Assembly: GCA_036339735.1 (NCBI GenBank)
Contig: JAYZAL010000104.1
Coordinates: forward strand, 1 to 64,000
Source: Candidatus Poribacteria bacterium
GTDB taxonomy: Bacteria; Poribacteria; WGA-4E; UBA9662
Length of the DNA: 64,000 nucleotides
Direction: 5' to 3'
The notes below the pieces were generated by a model that worked only from the letters and a program-made list of their open reading frames with translations, was not told the DNA's origin and ran no database searches. The position numbers and the translations under genes are program-made. The number at the start of each line of letters is the position of its first letter. Position 1 is the first letter of the stretch. Shown here one piece after another: positions 51,053-62,000 of this stretch.

Positions 51053-52393
51053 TCAATCCGATAACTGATTAACAATTGTACGACCTCTTTTGAATAAGTC
51101 ATGAAGATGCAGATATTGAAATAGTGCGTTACGGCCAGTTAGGTACATGTTGTCAAATTGCTTACAGTAATCAATCAATCGAGCGACCTTACTCTCAAAA
51201 CCAACAGTCAAAACTGGATAGGCAAATGGCAGTTTATACATTTCCTGTTTTTGTATTTCGCTTGATCTAATTGGAAAAATATCTTGAAACATTTGCCAAA
51301 TCTGATCTTGTAATTTTACTTCTGTTTGATGCCAAAGAGAATCATTTTGATTACAAGGTAACTCGAGAACGATAGCTGTTTGTGTTTTCGGAGCCATTTG
51401 TTTACTGCGGTTCTTGGGTTCATACAATCGAGTAAATGGTAATTGTGGATCAGGGAAATAGATTGAGGCATTCTGACTGAGGCTTTCACGGTTTATACAG
51501 TAAGCCAAAAGAATCAGATGTCGAAACTGAATTGATTTAGCAATGTCAATCAACTCAGATGGAGGTGCAGGCTCCAGGATCTGTAAAGTCAAGGTTAGTG
51601 GTAACGTATTAATGATTTGGCATACAGGTATTCTCTGGTTATTATTTATAACAATACTTTCAATTTTTCTTTTTCTATGTTGAATTTTAGTTACTCGACA
51701 GCCTGTTTCAATATGCTTCAAGCTAACAATCTCTGTGAGCTTATCGACAATCATACCGAAACCGTATTTTGGATACAAAAATCTTCCATCTATATGTTTG
51801 GTCGATTTTTCAGGCCCCAAAAATGACTCTCGAATGAAAGTCTTGAGGTTTAAGCCTTTCAAGCGACCACCGGCGACGTTTGTAGACAGCAAGTCAGCGT
51901 TTAGCCCCCATAATTTTTCGGTATAGTTCAGCAAAAATAATTTCGATAGAGTTGGGCCATATTGATTTTGAGCGAAATCAGCAAAGTTTTTTGCTGATTG
52001 AGGCTGAGGCCGAAGCGATAAACTTTCAAGTACCACCTTGAGTAATGTCTTTTTGTCCAAATGCTCAACTAAGTTAGCCAGGTTTAGTGGGAAGTTGACA
52101 AATGAATTCTGATAAAAAATTTGACTAGGGGCAGAAACATCGATTAAATCATCACCTAACAGGTTCTTGATCATTCGAGTCGTCTCGGGGTCTTTATCGT
52201 GAAAACGGTGGGCCCCAGTATCAAACAGACAATCTCCTAACTTCAGAGTTCGGCAATTTCCACCCAAGTTGCTACTGCCCTCAATCAACTTAAAATTTAA
52301 ACCTTTGCTTTTAGCAAAATATGCAGTAGCTAGACCTGCGGGGCCACCCCCCAAAATATGGACTTGGCTTAGGAACTGTTTAATCATTTTCAT
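51053..52393 (-). CDS. FAD-dependent oxidoreductase (protoporphyrinogen oxidase / UDP-galactopyranose mutase-like); start uncertain
   Basis: GGGPAG, GG.CRT, FDTGAHRF, YTEKLWG, AYP, GRNALFQY. Confidence 0.85.
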   Translation of the reverse strand: MKMIKQFLSQVHILGGGPAGLATAYFAKSKGLNFKLIEGSSNLGGNCRTLKLGDCLFDTGAHRFHDKDPETTRMIKNLLGDDLIDVSAPSQIFYQNSFVNFPLNLANLVEHLDKKTLLKVVLESLSLRPQPQSAKNFADFAQNQYGPTLSKLFLLNYTEKLWGLNADLLSTNVAGGRLKGLNLKTFIRESFLGPEKSTKHIDGRFLYPKYGFGMIVDKLTEIVSLKHIETGCRVTKIQHRKRKIESIVINNNQRIPVCQIINTLPLTLTLQILEPAPPSELIDIAKSIQFRHLILLAYCINRESLSQNASIYFPDPQLPFTRLYEPKNRSKQMAPKTQTAIVLELPCNQNDSLWHQTEVKLQDQIWQMFQDIFPIRSSEIQKQEMYKLPFAYPVLTVGFESKVARLIDYCKQFDNMYLTGRNALFQYLHLHDLFKRGRTIVNQLSD

Positions 52394-52460
52394 AGATATG
52401 GGGCAAATGCACCAGTATAACATAAGCAGTAAGGCCAAGAGTTCACAACATGATCTTTGG

Positions 52461-52518
52461 TCATAAATTTAACTAAATCCGAAACATTTGATCACAAATC
52501 CAACTAAATTCGAAACAT
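52461..52518. repeat. Imperfect direct repeat, two 27-bp copies with 31-bp period
   Basis: TCATAAATTTAACTAAATCCGAAACAT vs TCACAAATCCAACTAAATTCGAAACAT (23/27). Confidence 0.7.
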
Positions 52519-52590
52519 AAAATTCACTTTCTTTGGAAAAGACTAGCACTGATTGATACAATCTGGGAGGTGAATTAGAAAAAGTACTCA

Positions 52591-53181
52591 ATGTTAGGAG
52601 CAAAAAATTTGGTTATGGAAAAGAGTCAGATCAAGCGTCGAAAGTTCATTAATCAGACATCACAAATGGCTGCTTGCAGCCTGTTACTTTCTTCAGGTAT
52701 AGGTTGCGGCAGTGTGGATGAAGAGCCTAGCCGAATTACCACAGACCAAGCCGAACCTGTTACCTCTAATGAGACAAGTTTACCAAAATCCACTGACCCC
52801 AAAGATAATAAACCGAAGGACATTGAACCAGAGCCAAAATTGTCTGTCAAAATTGGGGTCGATTTGAAAAAAATTGGAGGAAGTCAAAGTATTAAAGACC
52901 CAGTCATACTTGACAAGTTAGAGATTAAAGAACCAAAAGATCGCATTTTACTCATTCGGAAAGATGAAAATACTATAACAGCGACCAATCTACTTTGCAC
53001 TCATAATGGATGTGTTGTTGCTTACAATAAAAAGCAGAAATCTTTGGACTGTCCGTGTCATGGTGGTAGATTTAACTTGGACGGTTCTGTAAAAAATGGT
53101 CCACCCAAAGTACCCCTCAAAACTGTTGTTACAGAAATCAAAGATGATCGTGTCATTTTTTTAGGTGAAGCCAAGAGATAA
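52591..53181 (+). CDS. Rieske [2Fe-2S] protein with Tat-type signal and possible lipobox
   Basis: KRRKFI, GIGC, CTHNGC and CPCHGG. Confidence 0.9.
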   Translation: MLGAKNLVMEKSQIKRRKFINQTSQMAACSLLLSSGIGCGSVDEEPSRITTDQAEPVTSNETSLPKSTDPKDNKPKDIEPEPKLSVKIGVDLKKIGGSQSIKDPVILDKLEIKEPKDRILLIRKDENTITATNLLCTHNGCVVAYNKKQKSLDCPCHGGRFNLDGSVKNGPPKVPLKTVVTEIKDDRVIFLGEAKR

Positions 53182-53275
53182 GAAAGTATTGTATCAAATC
53201 TTAATTTGTGATTCGAATGGTCGTTCCGATTCTTTTTAGTCTTGCAAGTTGCTAATCGTTAAGTAAAGTCAAAAA

Positions 53276-53730
53276 GGAGGCTCAGGCAACTCCCGAACTA
53301 GTTCTGGCATAGCTAGATCGATTGTTATCCTTGCGCAGATCGCAGTTATGGTAGAAGGACGCTCCTAGCCCCCAAATCGTTCTTTAGAAAGGTTGTCTAG
53401 TGGTAACAGTAGGAAATTCAAACTCAAGCTGAAAAGCCATATTTGAACTTGGAATGACAAAATACTCGCCGAGCCGCTATTCCGAAATGTAGGTCGTGAT
53501 ACAACTCATACAATCAGCTACAATGGTGATAACGCCTAGGACTAGTTTTATAATTAGTATATTTGACAAGAACCATTCAGTACGGCTGCTATTACTTCTG
53601 TGATTGAAGTAATGAGGCTGAACTTCAATCGGGAATAATTAGTTCATTTTCTCAAGGTCCTTGTCATCACTTAGTAGACCGATTCGTTCAAATCAGCAAT
53701 GGAATCCTCTTTTGCTATCTGGGACCTAAT
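53276..53730 (+). ncRNA. Candidate structured RNA or leader (element A), class unknown
   Basis: 13-bp closing stem 53295-53307/53536-53548 with nested stems; similarity to element B. Confidence 0.45.
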
Positions 53731-54789
53731 TTGAGCCTTCCATACTTCAAACCCCTTGCTATTTCTCTATTGATTCACTTGCTTATATTATTTCTGATAA
53801 CAATATTTTATAGACCCAAGAAGTTTCCTATCATAGTAGATGAAATTTTGGCGGACATAATTGTTCAAAAGGATAAAAACAGAAGGCCATCACTAGTACG
53901 CCGATCCATCTTACCATCTGTAAAGACACCTAATTTTTCGTATATGGATAGTCGAACTCAGAAGAAGTCAGGCCTCCAACCAACCAAATCGGTCAATGAG
54001 ATTTCTTCAGTTTTACCCAAACATATTGTCAGTGATAACATATCTTGGTCAACTGTTTCGGATATTCCTCTTGGTACTAACCAGGCCAATACCAATATTA
54101 AAATTAGTGAGCAATCATCAAAACTACCCGAGCCTGTATTTGAAATTCGTAAAATTCAACCATCAGTTCCGGTATTTAGACGAAATCAACCTTATTTGTC
54201 CCTTGAAAAACCCTCGAGCGATTTGTCGTTGATGACCCCAGCTGATCTAGCTCTGATTAAAATTGCATATCATATTACTAGAATAGAAACACAAAAATTA
54301 GATTTAGTTTTCGTCATTGACGCCAGTCAAAGCATGAAGAATGATATTGAGTCAGTTCGTTTGCACTTAGGTCGAATGACTGACCATTTCGAACAAAAGG
54401 GGCTAGATTTCACAGTAGGTGTGGTTGCTTTTCGAAACAACCGTGGTTTCTCAATTATCGGTTGGGATTTTGAGATCACAGCTCAAACTCGATCCGTTAG
54501 AAAAATCGAAAAAGTTCTAGGACGTATCAAGTGTAAAGGAAGTGAAAAAGCTAAAGATGCTTTGATCAAAGCAGCCAAACAAGTTAGGTTTCGAGCAGGT
54601 GCTAGCCGGCGGTTTATATTACTGACAGACGAATATGCCAGTGGTCAATCCTCTACAAGAGAAGTAGTAGAATTCTTGAAAGAAAACCAGATTAACGTTG
54701 ACGTACTAGGTCGAGATGACCATTTTCAGCGTACAGTTAGCGAGCAATTAAATGGTATTTGGTTGCCTATATCTAGTTTGAGATATTAG
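53731..54789 (+). CDS. Membrane-anchored vWA domain protein
   Basis: N-terminal TM, low-complexity linker, DLVFVIDASQSM MIDAS motif, ILLTDE. Confidence 0.85.
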   Translation: MSLPYFKPLAISLLIHLLILFLITIFYRPKKFPIIVDEILADIIVQKDKNRRPSLVRRSILPSVKTPNFSYMDSRTQKKSGLQPTKSVNEISSVLPKHIVSDNISWSTVSDIPLGTNQANTNIKISEQSSKLPEPVFEIRKIQPSVPVFRRNQPYLSLEKPSSDLSLMTPADLALIKIAYHITRIETQKLDLVFVIDASQSMKNDIESVRLHLGRMTDHFEQKGLDFTVGVVAFRNNRGFSIIGWDFEITAQTRSVRKIEKVLGRIKCKGSEKAKDALIKAAKQVRFRAGASRRFILLTDEYASGQSSTREVVEFLKENQINVDVLGRDDHFQRTVSEQLNGIWLPISSLRY

Positions 54790-54884
54790 GATATCTTGGC
54801 AGGCAAGCTGAGGTCTGACAACCTCATTATTCATTGCTCATTTAGCTGCTAGTTTTGCAACAACTATCTCCTGTCAATTTTTTC

Positions 54885-54913
54885 TTGACCCCTAACTTAC
54901 CAGAAAGTATACT
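54885..54913 (+). promoter_or_regulatory. Sigma70-type promoter TTGACC-N17-TATACT
   Basis: 5/6 and 5/6 consensus, about 600 nt upstream of katG and directly before element B. Confidence 0.6.
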
Positions 54914-54954
54914 CCAATTCTAGGAACAATTACCGATATTATTAGTATAATAGT

Positions 54955-55403
54955 GAACCCGATAGCTATCATAACCCGTTGAGGTTTTGAATAAGGCTTA
55001 GCAAGGCACGGCGGTGCGACGTAGGCAACAATTTGTCTTGTGTACGTATCGCAGATACAGGTATTTAAGGGAAGAACAAACGCAAGACAGTGTGAGCCCT
55101 TATTAACGTCAAATGATCTTGAAAAAGATGTGGAAGCAGGCCTTTTATCTGAATTTTGCTGAGACGTACGAAACGGCCAAGCACGCCTTACAGATATTGA
55201 TAAGGCCTAAGAGCTATAGGTTCGATTCCCATTAACCTGATCTAAATGATGTACTGATATATTTCTCGAGCAAGGCTGTTGAGTCCTTTTCGTCTCAAAT
55301 TTGGGCGCGTACTGAATCATGGTTAGAGCTTCAACTTTCGAAGAGCTGAGTACGATCAGTCTCTAAATGAAGAGATCGGATTAGAGGCCTGTCGGCTTGG
55401 GGG
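54955..55403 (+). ncRNA. Candidate structured RNA (element B), class unknown
   Basis: Two multibranch domains found by eye (54955-55223, 55265-55401), GAAA tetraloop, upstream promoter. Confidence 0.5.
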
Positions 55404-55474
55404 TCGTATAATGAAAATTTCGCCAACGATTTCGTGATTCTTGTCAAATACGTTCAGGCAGAGAATAGTGGTAA

Positions 55475-57718
<2,244 letters not shown>

Positions 57719-57848
57719 TTCTCGATGGAATTCCGGAAGAAAACATTGGTAACAACCAATTCGGTGAGTTTTCTTTCTTATTCATGCATGCTAAACCAAT
57801 AAAGGGTTCTTTTTTGAACCTACATTCAGAATTAGTTACCTAGCTTAA

Positions 57849-57958
57849 AGATGCTAATAATGGCCCCGATCCTGACTGGCTGCGACTATTTTCTCTTTCT
57901 CGTTCTGTCTGCGTAATAGTAGTCGTCAGTTAGTGTGGTGAGGCCATTATTAGTATCT
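57849..57958. repeat. 110-nt imperfect hairpin with 17-bp terminal arms
   Basis: AGATGCTAATAATGGCC / GGCCATTATTAGTATCT with inner stems. Confidence 0.75.
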
Positions 57959-58106
57959 AACTATCCCATCAACGTGCGATTGTTCCAATCCTATCGGTTT
58001 TCGGCAAGGAAGATGCTAAGTGCCTGGCGTCAGGAGTACGGTTGTCATAGGAACCATCAGGCTTAGCAAAAAGGTAGGAGATTTCTAGCCAACATCGATA
58101 CAGTAA

Positions 58107-58850
58107 CTAGTTAACTCTGTCCCCAGTACTACAACCAGCCAACATCAACCCTTGGCCGTGTCCTCCATCATGTTGGCCATTGATGCTTTTATCGGCAGGG
58201 TCATTTACCTGAATCAATACCGTTTTACGGATCTGTTTACTGTAGTTGATGTCGGAGCCATGAATGGTCAAATAGTGAAAAAACAAAACTTGACCTCGCT
58301 TGGCCGGGACAGCAGTAGCTTGGTCGATTGGGTAGTCGTCCGGGTCAAGGTAACGGCCCCGTTGGTTGAAGACGGGAAGATGTCCTAACTTATGGCTTTT
58401 AGGATAAATCTTCAGACAGCCCATCTCTTCGGTTGCGTCAGTGAGGTGAATAATGGCTGCCAATAGTGAGTCTTGCTCATGCTTCATCCAAGCTGCATCT
58501 TGGTGCATGGGAAACCCAATTCCTTTGCCCGTACCTTTATAGAACAATTTCGTATGGTGGAGTTGGACATTCGGTCCCATCAAATCCACCAAAGCCTTTA
58601 TCAGAGGTTCGTGGCTCAACATGAAGCGAGTCCAGTTAGAGTGGAAGCGTTGAACGTCATGTAGCCCGTAAACAGCCGCAGCTTCGGGCTCATTTTGCTT
58701 CCAATCGCCATGTGTGAAATCCCGCATTCGTCCTGGAATCGAAGCGTCATAAGCTTCTTCTAATTGATCAATCTGTTGTTGATTGTATAGACCATCTACC
58801 ATTAAATAACCATTTTGATGGAAAAATTCTACCTGTTTTTTGTCTAACAT
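58107..58850 (-). CDS. Phytanoyl-CoA dioxygenase (PhyH) family 2OG-Fe(II) dioxygenase
   Basis: F..NGY, HQD, DAT..MGCL..YP.SH, HGS..N.S...R. Confidence 0.92.
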   Translation of the reverse strand: MLDKKQVEFFHQNGYLMVDGLYNQQQIDQLEEAYDASIPGRMRDFTHGDWKQNEPEAAAVYGLHDVQRFHSNWTRFMLSHEPLIKALVDLMGPNVQLHHTKLFYKGTGKGIGFPMHQDAAWMKHEQDSLLAAIIHLTDATEEMGCLKIYPKSHKLGHLPVFNQRGRYLDPDDYPIDQATAVPAKRGQVLFFHYLTIHGSDINYSKQIRKTVLIQVNDPADKSINGQHDGGHGQGLMLAGCSTGDRVN

Positions 58851-59303
58851 CTTTATTTAATCTTTTAGGTTCAAAAACACTAAACCATATACGTTAGGAT
58901 TACAAAAAGCAAATTCACCTCTATGAAATAAGGAGCATAAAGAGCTTTGGTGCTGATTGGGAGTGTATCATTCCCGTAACATTAGAATGAATACAAAGCC
59001 GGATTTCCCTATTGGGATGAGGCCAGTAATGAATACCGAGTACTGCCTATCTATCATTGTCAAAAAACTTTCCATTGACTGCCGTTTCCTGTTGAATTCA
59101 CCCATCGGCAAAACTATTTTTTTCAAACTGGACGACTTTTTACATATTTTTACCACACTATTCTTACTATCTAGCTCAGCCGCTTTACCAATTCTTTCGT
59201 AACGTATTAGCTCTACCTAACATTTTCTGATTAGCATTCACTATAACTTATACCTTTTTCATTTTCTTCGAAAAGCAAACAAAAATCAGGGAATCCATTC
59301 TTA

Positions 59304-59637
59304 TTTCAGTTTTTGTCTCTAATCTAATCCAATTTAGAGAAATAGTTAGAAGTGGCGCGAAAGCCTAATTTTCCTGAGCGTGAGCACCATTTTTTAATTT
59401 CTTTCTATTGCCCCATAGTGGCATCTGGCAATATAACCTTTTGGTTTCACTGGTAAACACCCGTCATTCGAACTAATAGGCCAAGCAGTTGTCGAAGAAG
59501 AGTTTAGTGACAACTTAAGCATTAGCGTTGTAAGTTGGGCAGGAACATCATATTCTGCTCAACGATAAAAAGCAATAAAAAAAGGAAAATATAATTATAA
59601 TGGTGCCTATCATAAGTTGGCTTTGGTAAGACTGAAA
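59304..59637 (+). ncRNA. Candidate structured RNA or leader upstream of bioF, class unknown
   Basis: Nested 10-bp and 8-bp long-range stems with 7-11-bp internal hairpins. Confidence 0.4.
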
Positions 59638-59724
59638 AAATTAATGAAATGGCCAAAAATTAAATTAAAGCTGTCCTTATACTTCACCAGTTGATAAAAT
59701 TGAAGGCAGAATACTGAGCACAAA

Positions 59725-60897
59725 ATGAACTTGGAGAATCTTTTTCAGAGCTGGGAAAAACAACTATCTATCTTAGATGGTGATGATTTGTTGCGGCGGT
59801 TACCAGAAATTGAGTCAGTAGCAACAGGAAAAATAAAAATGAACGGCAGGGAGATTATCCAGCTAGCCTCCAATAACTATCTTGGCTTGAACATTGAAAC
59901 AACAGTCATTGCTGCTGGACAAAGAGCCTTATCAGAATATGGAACAGGGGCTAGTGGTTCTAGATTGCTAAGTGGGAATCTGAATCTATACCAAAAGTTA
60001 GAAGATCAGATCTCCGGCTTGAAACAAACTGAAGCAACTCTGGTCTTTAGCACAGGATATCAAGCTAATTTAGGCTTGATATCGACGCTTTGTCAGGCTG
60101 GGGACCTAATTCTAAGTGATGCCCTTAATCATGCTAGCATAATCGATGGTTGTCGATTGAGTAAAGCAAATCGCCAAATTTACCGTCACTGCGATTTAGA
60201 TCACCTAAGCTATCACCTCTCTGAAACAACAGCAAGCAATCGACGCTGGATTATCACAGATGGTGTTTTTAGTATGGATGGAGATGTCGCCCCCCTACCA
60301 GAGATTTTGGAGCTTGCACATCGATGGGATGCTTATGTAATTGTCGATGATGCACATGGATTTGGCATTTTGGGAGCAGATGGTGGTGGAGCAACCTCTC
60401 ACTTTGGTCTCAAGGACGATAGAATAATTCATGTAGGAACATTGAGCAAGGCTGTTGCAGGTTTGGGAGGGTATGTGTCTGGAAAAAGAGTAATGATTGA
60501 TCTCCTAATTAATCGCTGTCGACCATTTATTTTCACGACAGGTTTACCTCCATCAGTTATTGCTGCAGCGACTAAAGCTATTGAGTTAATTACGACTCAG
60601 CCTGAACGCAGACAACGTTTGCTTAGCCATGCTAACTACTTGCGTGTGCAATTAAGTCAGCTTGGATTTTCAGTACCGTTCGGTGAGACACAAATTCTAC
60701 CGGTAATAGTTGGCAACTCTTTTCAAACGAAGCAACTTGCTGATCAATTACTTGAGTTGGGGGTTTTTGCACCAGCTATTCGCCCTCCAACGGTACCTCC
60801 AAATACGGCACGCCTACGCCTTTGTCCAATTGCAACGCATACTCAACATGAAATAAAGTTGGTGGTTGAGGCTTTTGCTACTTGTCTTGAAAAATAA
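59725..60897 (+). CDS. bioF: 8-amino-7-oxononanoate synthase
   Basis: SNNYLGL, NHASIIDG, FSMDGD, DDAHG, TLSKA, IRPPTVP. Confidence 0.92.
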   Translation: MNLENLFQSWEKQLSILDGDDLLRRLPEIESVATGKIKMNGREIIQLASNNYLGLNIETTVIAAGQRALSEYGTGASGSRLLSGNLNLYQKLEDQISGLKQTEATLVFSTGYQANLGLISTLCQAGDLILSDALNHASIIDGCRLSKANRQIYRHCDLDHLSYHLSETTASNRRWIITDGVFSMDGDVAPLPEILELAHRWDAYVIVDDAHGFGILGADGGGATSHFGLKDDRIIHVGTLSKAVAGLGGYVSGKRVMIDLLINRCRPFIFTTGLPPSVIAAATKAIELITTQPERRQRLLSHANYLRVQLSQLGFSVPFGETQILPVIVGNSFQTKQLADQLLELGVFAPAIRPPTVPPNTARLRLCPIATHTQHEIKLVVEAFATCLEK

Positions 60898-60926
60898 CAA
60901 ACTAATAACTGAGGGTAGACAATACA

Positions 60927-61820
60927 GTGTCTGAAACTTCTTTCAAATCTGGATATGTTAGTATAATTGGTGAACCCAATGTAGGAAAATCAACTCTGCT
61001 GAATGCAATACTCGGTGAGAAACTGGCCATTGTAACGCCAAAACCCCAAACAACACGTAACCAAATTCGGGGCATTCTTTCTGGAGAAAATTACCAAATT
61101 GTTTTCTTAGACACACCTGGTATTTTGGCTCCCAAGTACGAGTTGCACGACTGGATGGTTAGAACAGCTTATGCTGCTATACAAGATGCCGATCTCGTCC
61201 TTTATTTGGCCGATGTAACAAAACCATTACCCAAAGCAGAAACGAGAATACTTGATCGCATCCATCAAGCTAATCAGCAAACAATATTGGTACTAAATAA
61301 AATTGATCGAATTGATAAACCGCATCTCCTTCCAATCATTGAAGATTACAACCAGCGTTTTGAATTTGTGGATGTTATACCTATTTCAGCTCTGAAAGAG
61401 GATGGAATTGACAGGTTAAAAAAGTCTGTTTTGAGTCTCATTTCTGAAGGGCCAGAGTATTTTCCCGCTGACCAAATAAGCGACTTGCCACAGCGGTTTT
61501 TCATTTCCGAAACTATTCGAGAAAAAGTTTTTTTACAAACAAAGCAGGAAATACCATATTCCACTAGTGTTGTAGTCGAAGAGTTTATTGAAAGAAATAA
61601 GAAGAAGTGGTACATTCGTTCTATTATCTACGTCGAACGAGAATCCCAACGTCGAGTTCTAATTGGAAAAGGAGGGCAAATGGTTCGGAAAATCGGGCAA
61701 TTAGCACGAGTAGAAATAGAACACTTCCTAGACCAGTCAATCTTTTTAGAACTTCATGTGTTAGTAAAATCTGATTGGCGAAGAGACCCTAGAAAAATGC
61801 GCGATTTGGGTTATGCTTAG
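60927..61820 (+). CDS. era: GTPase Era
   Basis: GEPNVGKST, PQTTR, DTPG, QEIPY, IGKGG. Confidence 0.98.
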   Translation: MSETSFKSGYVSIIGEPNVGKSTLLNAILGEKLAIVTPKPQTTRNQIRGILSGENYQIVFLDTPGILAPKYELHDWMVRTAYAAIQDADLVLYLADVTKPLPKAETRILDRIHQANQQTILVLNKIDRIDKPHLLPIIEDYNQRFEFVDVIPISALKEDGIDRLKKSVLSLISEGPEYFPADQISDLPQRFFISETIREKVFLQTKQEIPYSTSVVVEEFIERNKKKWYIRSIIYVERESQRRVLIGKGGQMVRKIGQLARVEIEHFLDQSIFLELHVLVKSDWRRDPRKMRDLGYA

Positions 61821-62000
61821 GATAAAAACAGATTTTTTGGCCTGATCATAGGACGGGGAATAAGAAAAAGAAGCAAATATTCCTTATCTTATAATATAGT
61901 TTATCCGAAAAAACTAATTATTATGAACTAAGACAATAACAAATCACTCTATATCGAGTTCCTGATACTGTTATTCGTCTCAGACCCATCTGTCATTACT

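Noticed and set aside
55014-55022. GTGCGACG, resembling a group II intron 5' end
   Set aside because: No domain V or VI and no RT/maturase gene found downstream.
55159-55174. Hammerhead-like CTGAGA...GAAA
   Set aside because: One nucleotide short of CUGANGA, and stems I and III could not be built.
55216-55232. tRNA/tmRNA T-arm-like ATAGG-TTCGATT-CCCAT
   Set aside because: The stem has an A-C mismatch, and there is no acceptor stem, D arm, anticodon arm or CCA. GGTTC is better explained as the closing stem of element B.
53560-55450. 13-bp inverted match TATTTGACAAGAA / TTCTTGTCAAATA as transposon ends
   Set aside because: No transposase or target duplication, and a 13-bp AT-rich match is expected by chance in a window this size.
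58957-59202. Overlapping 81-aa (+) and 62-aa (-) ORFs
   Set aside because: No recognisable motif or convincing RBS, and they overlap a hairpin-rich segment.
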